Source: Azolla caroliniana (lineage: Eukaryota; Plantae; Polypodiophyta). From it: a DNA stretch of 64,000 nt. Positions within the stretch are counted from its first letter, which is position 1, and every line of letters starts with the position of its first letter. The notes under the pieces were generated by a model. The model did no database searches. It was not told the origin of the DNA and was given only the letters and a program-made list of their open reading frames with translations. The stretch is from positions 16,120,001 through 16,184,000 of the forward strand of contig JBHGNT010000001.1 in the NCBI GenBank assembly GCA_043228905.1, written 5' to 3'. The position numbers and the translations under genes are program-made. This document shows, one piece after another, positions 11,079 through 23,200 of this stretch.

Positions 11079-14000
11079 TGTCGAATACATGTGTATAATG
11101 GACGTATTCACACTATCCCGTTTTGGCCATTTATGTAATTAGCATAAAGGGTAGTTGCCCTAAGTCGGTCACTATATATAGTGACCTTGTAACCTCTTTG
11201 TAAGGTTGGCTGTTGTATTGTTGCTTTGTGTAATAGAAAGTCTTTTGTGTCTCTCTCTCTCTCTCTCTCTCTGTGCAACGACCTACATTCTGTCATACAC
11301 AGGGAATAAACAGGAATCGAGTGCTTCTCGATCTTCCGCACAGACGACATTGCTTCCAACATCTGGTATCAGAGCCTGCACAGTAGTCGGTCCTTCAATC
11401 CGCTGTCGGCCGTCGTCTCTGCATTCGGTTTCCTGCGTCATTCGAAGAAGAGAGAAGAAGAAAAAAAAAACCAGGTTTGCATCTCATTGCGTTAGATCCT
11501 CTTGCTTGGAGTAAGCCAGCAGGTCGTACTCTGTCCCTTGTGATCGTAACCGCTCGAGGTGAAATCCCCTTGTGCAACTTTGACAACAACCCAAATTCGT
11601 GCTTCATCTGGCTGATCGACATTCGGGAGGATCAGTCGGATCCATCTCTCTCGTCGCTGCAGTCAACCGAAGCAAAATCGGCCCAGATAATCGGTTTTAA
11701 TAATCGGTATTCGGCATATATATCCGAAGCGAACCGGGCTCACTCCGACTCGGCAACATTCGGGAAGACCAGTCGGCTCTGTCCCTCAAGCTACCGGAGT
11801 CAATTCGAGCAAGTTCCGAAGCCGAACCGACTCGGGTTCAAATTCGACTAGAACGATATCGGGTGAGCCTACCGGCTGCACTCCAACAAGGTTCGTAGTC
11901 AACTCCGAACCGAGCTTCGTCAAACGAAACCGAATTTGATGGCATCAACATCCGGCTCGTCAGAAATGAGTCTACGCAAGTTCGATGGATCGAACTTCAA
12001 CTTCTGGAAGGAACAAATGCAGGACTATCTCATAGTCAAGGGGCAAATCGATCCCATCGAAAATGAAGAACCTCCAGAAGGATACAAACCAATTGAGTGG
12101 CAGAAGCTGGACAGAATCGTCCGCGCCACGATTCGGATGCACCTATCGGAATCGGTATACTTCACGGTGCAATCGTGTACAACAGCATTCGAACTGTGGA
12201 AAACACTGTCGGACACTTACGAAAAGAAGGTCGCCGCAACGAAAATGTTTCTGATCCGGCGCCTCTACAACTTGCGGATGAAAGAATCCGACTCGGTCCA
12301 AGCACACCTCAATGAGTACGAAAGCATAAGCTCCCAAATCTCGTCACAGGGGACGGCAATCGAGGATGAACTCAGAGCAATGATACTCATGAGCAGTCTT
12401 CCCCCATCATGGGAAACTTTCGTCACAACCGTGTGCAACGCGTCAACCACGGCTGTTAAATACTCCGAAGTCACGAGCGCAATCCTGACCGAAGCAGCTC
12501 GGAGAAAGTCTTTCGCCAAAGACTCAACAGACGACGCCTACGTAGTACAAGGTTCGACAGACCGATCAAACATACGAGGAAGAGATTCCTCACGACCGCC
12601 GAACAATCAGCGAAGACGGAGCCAGTCACGGGATAACCGAATCTGCAACTATTGCAAGAAACCCGGACACATCAAAGCCGACTGCCGCGCACTCAAGAAC
12701 AAGAACAACAAGAAGAGTGGCCGGCATGAGGAGATCAATTACGTCAGCTTCTCAGCTGATGTGCTACCAGACGACCCGAATATACTATCAATCGAAAATC
12801 CAGTCGGCTCAGAAGTTCTGCTCACGACTGAAGAATCGAGCACATGGCTCTTAGATTCGGGCGCGTCATTTCACGTGACTCCTCATCGATCCCAATTTCG
12901 GCAATATACGATCCGTCACTCCGACTCAGTTCGGGTCGGCAACTCACAACACTGTGACATCATCGGAATCGGCACAGTAGAGCTCAACCTTGCAGGTGGC
13001 TCTACACTTGTACTCCACAATGTCCGACATGTACCCGAGCTCTCAAGGCCATTGATCTCAGTCGGACAACTAGATGAAGACGGCATTCGTGCCGGTTTCT
13101 CTTCGGGAGGGTGGACACTCCACAGGGGGAACCTCCTGCTTGCTAGAGGACCCAAGATACACTCACTGTATCCGTTACATGTTACGCTCAGAGAGGGTAA
13201 CCTGTTTTTGGTGGATATTCCTGTGTCATCACTATGGCACCGACGATTGGGACACCTCAGCAAGGCCGGCATCACGCATCTATCTAGAGCCGGATACATC
13301 CCCAAACTCTCCTTCTCCGACCATCAATTCTGCGAGCATTGCCAGTATGGCAAACAAGCCGCCGCATCACACCCGACATCAGCACCAAGAGAAACGAGAC
13401 CTCTCGATTTGGTCCACTCGGACGTCTGCGGCCCAATGCCGCATCAGTCTCTAGGCGGTGCATCTTACTTCGTCACTTTCATTGACGACTCGACTCGAAA
13501 GGTGTGGGCGTATCCAATTCGCACCAAAGATCGTGTCTTCTCGATCTTTTCAGATTGGCTCGCTATGGTGGAAAATCAAACCGACCGAAAGCTGAAATGC
13601 TTTCGGACAGACAATGGGGGAGAGTTTAAATCCGAAGAATTCGTCAAATTCTGCCGACAACGCGGCATCCGACGTGAACTTACGGCACCACACAGTCCGG
13701 AGCAAAACGGGATTGCAGAACGAATGAATCGGACAATCCAAGAACGGACAGTTTCCATGCTCCAACACTCCGGACTGTCGGATGGCTTCTGGGCAGAGGC
13801 TCTACTCACGGCAGTACACATAATCAATATGTCGCCAAGTAGACCTCTAGGACTTCAAATTCCTCAGGAATTATGGATCGGCAGCAAGCCGAATTACGAC
13901 AAGCTGAGGATCTTCGGATGCGAGGCGTACGCCCTTATTCCGAAAGATGATCGCCGAAAACTTGCACCTCGGTCCAGGAAATGCATTTTCCTTGGATATG

Positions 14001-16428
14001 GATCAGACGGCGAAATGGGATACCGACTCTGGGACCCCGAACGCAGACAAATCGTTCGAAGTTCGGACGTTGTGTTCAACGAGTCGGCTATGAATCCATC
14101 GGTCGACAAACCGATCGAAGTCCGAAGGGTAACATTCTCCGATGTGCCGACCCTTCAAGAAGGCCCCGCTCTCAACACACGGTCAGCTTCACGGGTAGCT
14201 GACCCTTATACTACCGACTCGGACAACTCTGACTCGGCACAGCCGAATGATTCGGTTTCGGACCATCCGACCACGATACCCGATGCGACCAGTCCAATCA
14301 TACCTCGACGATCCGAGAGACTGTCGCAACCTCCGGAGAGGTATTCTCCTGGAATTTTCTTCACCGACGCCGGCGAACCGACGTCTTACGAAGAAGCATC
14401 GACATCTGTCGATTCGGCCACCTGGCATCTGGCGATGGAGTCGGAAATGCACTCCATCCGGGCAAACAAGACTTGGGATCTGGTCGAATTACCTAGGAAC
14501 CGACGTGCTCTTCCTTGCAAGTGGGTTTATCGACTAAAAGAGACGTCTGATTCGACCACCCCAAAGTACAAGGCCAGATTAGTTGCGAAGGGCTTCCGAC
14601 AAGAATATGGCGTCGACTTCGACGAGATTTTTTCACCAGTGGTGAAAATGACAACCCTTCGTCTTCTGCTCGGCGTCGTGGCAGCCGACAACTTGGAGCT
14701 GATTCAGCTAGATGTCAAAACAGCCTTCCTCCATGGTGATCTCGAGGAGGAAATTTATATGGAGCAGCCAAAAGGCTTCGTGGCAACTGGCCAAGAACAT
14801 CTAGTCTGCCGACTCAGGAAGAGTCTATACGGCCTCAAACAGGCACCGCGACAATGGTACAAGAAGTTCGACGACTTCATCCAATCAATCGGCTTCTCCA
14901 AAAGCGATGAGGACCATTGTCTCTTCACCAACACAGCTCGAGATGGATCACCCATCTTCCTCATCATTTACGTGGACGACATGCTAATTTCTGGACGCCA
15001 CGCGGGCGAACTTTCCGATCTAGTTCGGCAACTGCGGTTGAAGTTTGCCATGAAGGACCTCGGTCCGGCACGACACATCCTTGGCATGAAAATTAGTCGG
15101 CATCGCGATAAACGACATCTTTTTTTGTCTCAGACCGACTATATCGGACGTGTCTTGGAACGCTTCAACATGCAATCAGCCAAATCTGCTTCAACCCCGC
15201 TCCCCATGAATCTTCGGCTCTCTCAGCGAGACTGCCCGACATCCGGTTCGGAGGGGGAAGATATGAAGTCGGTACCGTATGCACCGGCAGTCGGCTCCCT
15301 TATGTACCTGATGGTCGCGACACGGCCTGACATCTCTCATGCCGTAGGAGTCGTTAGCAGATTTATGCACAACCCTGGCCGATCGCATTGGAACGCAGTC
15401 AAGCATGTGTTCAGATATCTGGTTGGCACAAAAGACCATGGCATTCTTTTCGGACCGAACCGAACCTCAGGCGTAGTCGGTTACACCGACTCGGACTTCG
15501 CCGGCTGTATAGACAGTCGGAAATCAACAACCGGATACTGCTTCAAATTCGGCAATGGAGCAATCTCGTGGAAGTCGAAACTTCAGGAGTGCACAGCGAC
15601 CTCAACGACCGAAGCAGAATATGTAGCTGCGTCCGACGCGGCAAAAGAAGCTTTGTGGCTCGGTCGGCTGGCGCACACGTTTCGACAAGTCGAACATGAC
15701 TCGGCTCCAGTTGTCTACAGCGACAGTCAAGGTGCTGTTGCCTTGTCGAAAAATCCGGTTCACCACAACGCCTCCAAACATATCGACGTTCGATATCACT
15801 TCGTTCGGGACTGCGTCATTTCAGGGAAAATCGGTCTAGAGAAAATATCTACAACCGATAATGTCGCAGATGGAATGACCAAATGTCTCTCGGCAGACCG
15901 TTTTCGGTCTCTTCGGCATCAGATGGGCGTAACGACAAACCAGTCCGGTTAGAGCCGGACACAGAGCAGGATGGTCCCCGACAACCGACATCAGCTCCTT
16001 AATGATCGGCTTCAACTGTTCCGACCCGACCAGTTCGGTCTTCTGTCTTCGGATCCTGCCGACTCGAACAAAGCTGATATGTCCGAGAACCTAAGTCTAT
16101 ACCTGTAATCTTAGATAACCCATGTATACGCCCATTACGGGGGAGTGTCGAATACATGTGTATAATGGACGTATTCACACTATCCCGTTTTGGCCATTTA
16201 TGTAATTAGCATAAAGGGTAGTTGCCCTAAGTCGGTCACTATATATAGTGACCTTGTAACCTCTTTGTAAGGTTGGCTGTTGTATTGTTGCTTTGTGTAA
16301 TAGAAAGTCTTTTGTGTCTCTCTCTCTCTCTCTCTCTCTGTGCAACGACCTACATTCTGTCATACACAGGGAATAAACAGGAATCGAGTGCTTCTCGATC
16401 TTCCGCACAGACGACATTGCTTCCAACA
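11079..16428 (+). mobile_element. Copia A1, complete, inserted in the D 5' LTR
   Basis: 283-bp LTRs 11079-11361 and 16146-16428, identical by eye; TSD CTTTT; iMet PBS TGGTATCAGAGCC; PPT GGGGGAG. Confidence 0.98.
11939..15952 (+). CDS. gag-pol: Copia Gag-Pol polyprotein (Gag, CCHC, PR, INT, RT, RNase H)
   Basis: CNYCKKPGHIKADC, WLLDSGAS, WHRRLGH..CEHC, DNGGEF, YVDDML, YTDSDFAG, KHIDVRYHF; single ORF; first ATG at 11939. Confidence 0.97.
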   Translation: MASTSGSSEMSLRKFDGSNFNFWKEQMQDYLIVKGQIDPIENEEPPEGYKPIEWQKLDRIVRATIRMHLSESVYFTVQSCTTAFELWKTLSDTYEKKVAATKMFLIRRLYNLRMKESDSVQAHLNEYESISSQISSQGTAIEDELRAMILMSSLPPSWETFVTTVCNASTTAVKYSEVTSAILTEAARRKSFAKDSTDDAYVVQGSTDRSNIRGRDSSRPPNNQRRRSQSRDNRICNYCKKPGHIKADCRALKNKNNKKSGRHEEINYVSFSADVLPDDPNILSIENPVGSEVLLTTEESSTWLLDSGASFHVTPHRSQFRQYTIRHSDSVRVGNSQHCDIIGIGTVELNLAGGSTLVLHNVRHVPELSRPLISVGQLDEDGIRAGFSSGGWTLHRGNLLLARGPKIHSLYPLHVTLREGNLFLVDIPVSSLWHRRLGHLSKAGITHLSRAGYIPKLSFSDHQFCEHCQYGKQAAASHPTSAPRETRPLDLVHSDVCGPMPHQSLGGASYFVTFIDDSTRKVWAYPIRTKDRVFSIFSDWLAMVENQTDRKLKCFRTDNGGEFKSEEFVKFCRQRGIRRELTAPHSPEQNGIAERMNRTIQERTVSMLQHSGLSDGFWAEALLTAVHIINMSPSRPLGLQIPQELWIGSKPNYDKLRIFGCEAYALIPKDDRRKLAPRSRKCIFLGYGSDGEMGYRLWDPERRQIVRSSDVVFNESAMNPSVDKPIEVRRVTFSDVPTLQEGPALNTRSASRVADPYTTDSDNSDSAQPNDSVSDHPTTIPDATSPIIPRRSERLSQPPERYSPGIFFTDAGEPTSYEEASTSVDSATWHLAMESEMHSIRANKTWDLVELPRNRRALPCKWVYRLKETSDSTTPKYKARLVAKGFRQEYGVDFDEIFSPVVKMTTLRLLLGVVAADNLELIQLDVKTAFLHGDLEEEIYMEQPKGFVATGQEHLVCRLRKSLYGLKQAPRQWYKKFDDFIQSIGFSKSDEDHCLFTNTARDGSPIFLIIYVDDMLISGRHAGELSDLVRQLRLKFAMKDLGPARHILGMKISRHRDKRHLFLSQTDYIGRVLERFNMQSAKSASTPLPMNLRLSQRDCPTSGSEGEDMKSVPYAPAVGSLMYLMVATRPDISHAVGVVSRFMHNPGRSHWNAVKHVFRYLVGTKDHGILFGPNRTSGVVGYTDSDFAGCIDSRKSTTGYCFKFGNGAISWKSKLQECTATSTTEAEYVAASDAAKEALWLGRLAHTFRQVEHDSAPVVYSDSQGAVALSKNPVHHNASKHIDVRYHFVRDCVISGKIGLEKISTTDNVADGMTKCLSADRFRSLRHQMGVTTNQSG

Positions 16429-17600
16429 CTTTTCCCTTTATTAATGAAATTTGTGAATCTTTATCATTTTGCATTAATTGTTTAATATAATCTTACGAAT
16501 CCGATATCTTCTGGTCGGAGGCCCCGGGGTCCTGCCTCAAAGTTCGCGTATCCTCGTCGTATTTTCGCGACATCTTTGGTGAACCCGACGTGAAACGAGG
16601 CAGTAGGAGGATATCAAGTTCGAAGATGGCTTCGACAAGTGTGTCGAATACATGTGTATAATGGACGTATTCACATTATCCCGTTTTGGCCATTTATGTA
16701 ATTAGCATAAAGGGTAGTTGCCCTAAGTCGGTCTCTATATATAGTGACCTTGTAACCTCTTTGTGAGGTTGGTTGTTGTATTCTTTGTTTATGCAATAAA
16801 GAGTCTTTTGTGTCTCTCTCTCTCTCTCTCTCTGTGCAACGACCTACAATCTCTCATACGCAGGTACTCAGAACAGAACTGAATGCTTCTTGATCTTCCG
16901 CATTGACGACCTCGCTTCCAACATCTGGTATCAGAGCGAAGGTTCGGCCGTCATCACCGCCTGCACAGCATTCGGTTCTTCACTTCATCTCGGCCTGCAC
17001 AGTATTCGCGTCATTCGAAGAAAGAGAGAAGAAGAACAAAAACGAGGTTTGCACCTCATCGCGTTAGATCCTCTTGCTTGGAGTAAGCCCTCAGGTTGTA
17101 CTCTGTTCCTTGTGATCGTAACCGCTCGAGGTGAAATCCCCTTGTGCATCATTGACACGATCGTGCTCCATTCGGTTAAACGGCATCCGAAGAGGTCACC
17201 AAACGCTGCTCGTTGTAACCACTCGGTGCAGATCGGTCTCAAGACAACAACCCCAAATTCGTGCTTCATCAGGCTGATCGACATTCGAGAGGATCAGTTA
17301 GATCCATCTCCCTCGTCGCTGCAGTCACCCGAAGCAGAATCGGTCCAGATAATCGGTTTCAATTATCGGTATTCGGCATATATATCCGAAGCGAACCGGG
17401 CTCACTCCGACTCGGCCACATTCGGGAAGACCAGTCGGTTCTGTCCCTCAAGTTACCGGAGTCAATTCGAGCAAGTTCCGAAGCCGAACCGACTCGGGTT
17501 CAAATCCGACTATAACGATATCGGGTGAGCCAACCGGCTGCACTCCAACAAGGTTCGTAGTCAACTCCGAACCGAGCTTCGTCAACCGAAACCGAATTTG

Positions 17601-18105
17601 ATGGCATCAACATCCGGCTCGTCAGAAATGAGTCTACGAAAGTTCGATGGATCGAACTTCAACTTCTGGAAGGAACAAATGCAGGACTATCTCATAGTCA
17701 AGGGGCAAATCGATCCCATCGAAAATGAAGAACCCCCAGAAGGATACAAACCAATTGAGTGGCAGAAGCTGGACAGAATTGTCCGCGCCACGATTCGGAT
17801 GCACCTATCGGAATCGGTATACTTTATGGTGCAATCGTGTACGACAGCATTCGAACTGTGGAAAACACTGTCGGACACTTACGAAAAGAAGGTCGCCGCA
17901 ACGAAGATGTTTCTGATCCGGCGCCTCTACAACTTGCGGATGAAAGAATCCGATTCGGTTCAGGCACACCTCAATGAGTACGAAAGCATCAGCTCCCAAA
18001 TCTCATCTCAGGGGACGGCAATCGAGGATGAACTCAGAGCAATGATACTCATGAGCAACCTTCCCTCATCATGGGAAACTTTCGTCACAACTGTGTGCAA
18101 CGCGT
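17601..18105 (+). pseudogene. gag-pol: A2 gag-pol piece 1
   Basis: Near-identical to the A1 N-terminus up to TTVCNA, then the E LTR begins. Confidence 0.95.
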
Positions 18106-18893
18106 TGTCGGGGTTGCTACGCCCTTGCGTGTAGAAAGGAGGAGGGACCACGGGGGTCTCGAACCGAAGAGCAAGAGAGAGAGGAGTAAGAGAGAGAGAC
18201 CCGATTACACAGAACCGAGATCCGATTGCGCAGAACCGACGATTGCACAGGGACACGGCCCAACAAACAGAGATCACAAATAGACGCCGACGCAGATGGA
18301 CGCAACAACGAGAGATATGTGCTTATGAACGCAAGAAAATAACAGACTAAAGTATTACAACCCACGGTGGGGCACAAAATAGATACTAACGAAAACGAAC
18401 AGGGCGGCGAACAGCTGCCGACCCCTGTATGTCGCGACGCACAGAAAGGGAAAACAGGTCGGAGGTGCTGCAGGACGCACTCGGGGCGTTCCACGGAACA
18501 GCGCAAGCCTCCTCGAAACCTGCACAGGTACGCGATGGAGCAGAAGACAGAGAGAGCAGGAGTGAGAGAGAAGCTCCGAAATCGGTTCGGCAGCACTTCG
18601 TCCTCTCCGCGGGAGATACCCCACTTCTATTCTTCCTCTTCCTTTTATAGCCCGTCAAGAGGCCGTTTGGCATTAACTGCATACCAACCGAATCTACCCA
18701 CCTAGGATCCTCGTATGTACCTACTTCGTCCTCTGGTACTTCTTGGCGCGCGTGTGTGTGTAGAGCCGTTTCCCACGCCTTGTTCCTCCGATTCCTCTTG
18801 TGGGCGGTTTTCTTCACGACATCCGCCCCCACCTAACCGCGCATCCACCGGCATGCGCCAAATTAAGTTGGCACGGAGAAAACCGGCCCGCCT

Positions 18894-20200
18894 TTACTCT
18901 TCGCCTGCCGGCCCTTCCTCGGCCTCGGATCGGTCGTCGCTGCTGTCCAGGAGAATCGGGTCGGGTTCGTCGTCGTGCCGCTTCTTGAAAGCTTTGATCC
19001 TCTTCCCGGCCACGGGTATCGCTATTCTCGTACCGTCGAGTTCCGCCAGATGATACGTCCCGTTGTCGTTGGCGCTCTGTACCGTGTACGGCCCGAACCA
19101 TCTCCGTGCGAACTTCCTTGTTGCTCGGTGCTGGTTGTCGAGGCTGCTGTCGTAGACGAGCACCCAGTCACCTTCGTCGATTTTCTTCGGTCGTAGCCGG
19201 TGCGTTCGGTCAAACCGGGCTTTGTTCTTTGTCCTCGCCACCCGGAGCTTCTCCGTAGCCAGTGCCACGTCCTCCGGTCTCCGCTCGAGCTGTCGTATAC
19301 GTGCGGTCAACAACTCCTCCCGGCTCATCTCGTCCCTCCAGTCGACCGTTGCCCACGAGGAGATCGTCCGTTCAATCGGCATGATCGGCTTCTGGCCGAA
19401 CATGAGCTCCGTCGGCATGTACCCGGTTACCGAACTGTGCGTGGTCCGGTCTGCCCACAAAGCATAAGGTAGCAGCTGCGGCCAGTTACCGACTCGGCCT
19501 CCGCATGCCCGAATCAACGCCTTGACGATCGGTCCGTGTCCGCGCTCCACCTTTCCATTCGCCTCCGGATTGTACGCAGTGGTGAGCGAGAGCTTGACTC
19601 CAAGCCGGTCGAACAGCTCCGCGGCCTCTTCGGCGTCCAACTCCCCTCGGTCAGCCACGATCTTCCCGACGCACCCGTACCGGCATATCACGTCCTCGAC
19701 TAGGAACCGACACACGGCCGCGGTCGTCTTGTTCTGAAGGGCTCGGCCTTCCACCTGGTTCGTCAGGTCTTCCCGCGCTAGGACCAGATACCGCATCTGT
19801 CCTACCCCCATCGGCATCGTCACCAGATCTACCATCCATTTGAAGTGGATAGTCGGAGGGTACGTAGGGTGAAGCCCGTCCCGGTGTCGGACTATCGAGT
19901 GCATCTGACAACTCTCGCAAGTTGACACGAACCGATGCACGTCCCGGTACAATCCCGGCCACCAGTACTTCCCCTTCAGCTTCTCAAACGTCGCCCACGT
20001 TCCACGGTGTCCAGCCCAAGGGCTGTCGTGGTAGGCCGCCAGTAGCTCCTCCTGTACTTCCTTCATCGCCACCACCCGGAGCGGGACGCCGTCCCTCTTC
20101 TTCGGGTGCTTCCATAGATGCCCATCTCGGAGAAAGAATCGATATGCTTTCTTCCGGATCCGGTTGGCCTCGTCCTTCGTCCATGACGCATCGGGCGTCA
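18894..20200 (-). pseudogene. pol: Element E integrase part of pol, separated from RT by A3
   Basis: HHCC (H..GH..CESC), DRGEL, NPEANGKVER, GPY motif; no chromodomain. Confidence 0.95.
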
Positions 20201-23200
20201 TGTTGGAAGCAATGTCGTCAGTGCGGAAGATCTTGAAGCACTCGATTCCTGTTTATTCCCTGTGTATGACAGAATGTAGGTCGTTGCACAGAGAGAGAGA
20301 GAGAGAGACACAAAAGAGTTCTTTATTTGATAAAGCAACAATACAACAACCAACCTCACAAAGAGGTTACAAGGTCACTATATATAGTGACCGACTTAGG
20401 GCAACTGCCCTTTATGCTAATTACATAAATGGCCAAAACGGGATGGTGTGAATACGTCCATTATACACAGGTATTCGACACTCCCCCGTAATGGGCGTAT
20501 ACATGGGTTATCTAAGATTACAGGTATAGACTTAGGTTCTCGGACATATCAGCTTTGTTCGAGTCGGCAGGATCCGAAGACAGAAGACCGAACTGGTCGG
20601 GTCGGAACAGTTGAAGCCGATCATTAAGGAGCTGATGTCGGTTGTCGGGAACCATCCTGCTCTGTGTCCGGCTCTAACCGGACTGGTTTGTCGTTACGCC
20701 CATCTGATGCCGAAGAGACCGAAAACGGTCTGCCGAGAGACATTTGGTCATTCCATCTGCGACATTATCGGTTGTGGATATTTTCTCTAGACCGATTTTC
20801 CCTGAAATGACGCAGTCCCGAACGAAGTGATATCGAACGTCGATATGTTTGGAGGCGTTGTGGTGAACCGGATTTTTCGACAAGGCAACAGCACCTTGAC
20901 TGTCGCTGTAGACAACTGGAGCCGAGTCATGGTCGACTTGTCGAAACGTGTGCGCCAGCCAACCGAGCCACAAAGCTTCTTTTGCTGCGTCGGACGCAGC
21001 TACATATTCTGCTTCGGTCGTTGAGGTCGCTGTGCACTCCTGAAGTTTCGACTTCCACGAGATTGCTCCATTGCCGAATTTGAAGCAGTATCCGGTTGTT
21101 GATTTCCGACTGTCTATACAGCCGGCGAAGTCCGAGTCGGTGTAACCGACTACGCCTGAGGTTCGGTTCGGACCGAAAAGAATGCCATGATCTTTTGTGC
21201 CAGCCAGATATCTGAACACATGCTTGACTGCGTTCCAATGCGATCGGCCAGGATTGTGCATAAATCTGCTAACGACTCCTACGGCGTGAGAAATATCAGG
21301 CCGTGTCGCGACCATCAGGTACATGAGAGAGCCGACTGCCGGTGCATACGGTACCGACTTCATATCTTCCCCCTCCGGACCGGATGTCGGGCAGTCTCGC
21401 TGAGAGAGCCGAAGATTCATGGGGAGCGGGGTTGAAGCAGATTTGGCTGATTGCATGTTGAAGCGTTCTAAGACACGTCCGATATAGTCGGTCTGAGACA
21501 AAAAAAGATGTCGTTTATCGCGATGCCGACTAATCTTCATGCCAAGGATGTGTCGTGCCGGACCGAGGTCCTTCATGGCAAACTTCAACCGCAGTTGCCG
21601 AACGAGATCGGCAAGTTCGCCTGCGTGGCGTCCAGAAATTAGCATGTCGTCCACGTAAATGATGAGGAAGATGGGTGATCCATCTTGAGCTGTGTTGGTG
21701 AAGAGACAATGGTCCTCATCGCTTTTGGAGAAGCCGATCGATTGGATGAAGTCGTCGAACTTCTTGTACCATTGTCGCGGTGCCTGTTTGAGGCCGTATA
21801 GACTCTTCCTGAGTCGGCAGACTAGATGTTCTTGGCCGGTTGCCACGAAGCCTTTTGGCTGCTCCATATAAATTTCCTCCTCGAGATCACCATGGAGGAA
21901 GGCTGTTTTGACATCTAGCTGAATCAGCTCCAGGTTGTCGGCTGCCACTACGCCGAGTAGGAAACGAAGGGTTGTCATTTTCACCACTGGTGAAAAAATC
22001 TCGTCGAAGTCGACGCCATATTCTTGTCGGAAGCCCTTCGCAACTAATCTGGCCTTGTACTTTGGGGTGGTCGAATCTGACGTCTCTTTTAGTCGATAAA
22101 CCCACTTGCAAGGAAGAGCACGTCGGTTCCTAGGTAATTCGACCAGATCCCAAGTCTTGTTTGCCCGAATGGAGTGCATTTCCGACTCCATCGCCAGATG
22201 CCAGGTGGCTGAATCGACAGATGTCGATGCTTCTTCGTAAGACGTCGGTTCGCCGGCGTCGGTGAAGAAAATTCCAGGAGAGTACCTCTCCGGAGGTTGC
22301 GACAGTCTCTCGGATCGTCGAGGCATGATTGGACTGGTCGCATCGGGTATCGTGGTCGGATGGTCCGAAAGCGGATTGTTCTGCTGTGCCGAGTCGGGGT
22401 TGTACGAGTCGGTAGTGTAAGGTTCAGCTACCCGTGAAGCTGACCGTGTGTTGAGAGCAGGGCCTTCTAGAAGGGTCGGCACATCGGAAAATGTTACCCT
22501 TCGGACTTCGATTGGTTTTTCGATTGATGGATTCATAGCCGACTCGTTGAACACAACGTCCGAACTTCGAACGATTTGTCTGCGTTCGGGGTCCCAGAGT
22601 CGGTATCCCATTTCGCCGTCGGATCCATATCCAAGGAAAATGCATTTCCTGGACCGAGGTGCAAGTTTTCGGCGATCATCTTTCGGAATAAGGGCGTACG
22701 CCTCGCATCCGAAGATCCTCAGCTTGTCGTAATTCGGCTTACTGCCGATCCATAGTTCTTGAGGGATTTGAAGTCCTAGAGGTCTACTTGGCGACATATT
22801 GATTATGTGTGCTGCCGTGAGTAGAGCCTCTGCCCAGAAGCCATCCGATAGTCCGGAGTGTTGGAGCATGGAAACTATCCGTTCTTGGATTGTCCGATTC
22901 ATGCGTTCGGCAATCCCGTTTTGCTCCGGACTGTGTGGTGCCGTAAGTTCACGTCGAATGCCGCGTTGTCGGCAGAATTTGACGAATTCTTCGGATTTGA
23001 ACTCTCCCCCATTGTCCGTCCGAAAGCATTTCAGCTTTCGGTCGGTTTGATTTTCCACCATAGCGAGCCAATCTGAAAAGATTGAGAAGACACGATCTTT
23101 GGTGCGAATTGGATACGCCCACACCTTTCGAGTCGAATCGTCAATAAAACTGACGAAGTAAGAGGCACCGCCTAGAGACTGATGCGGCATTGGGCCACAG

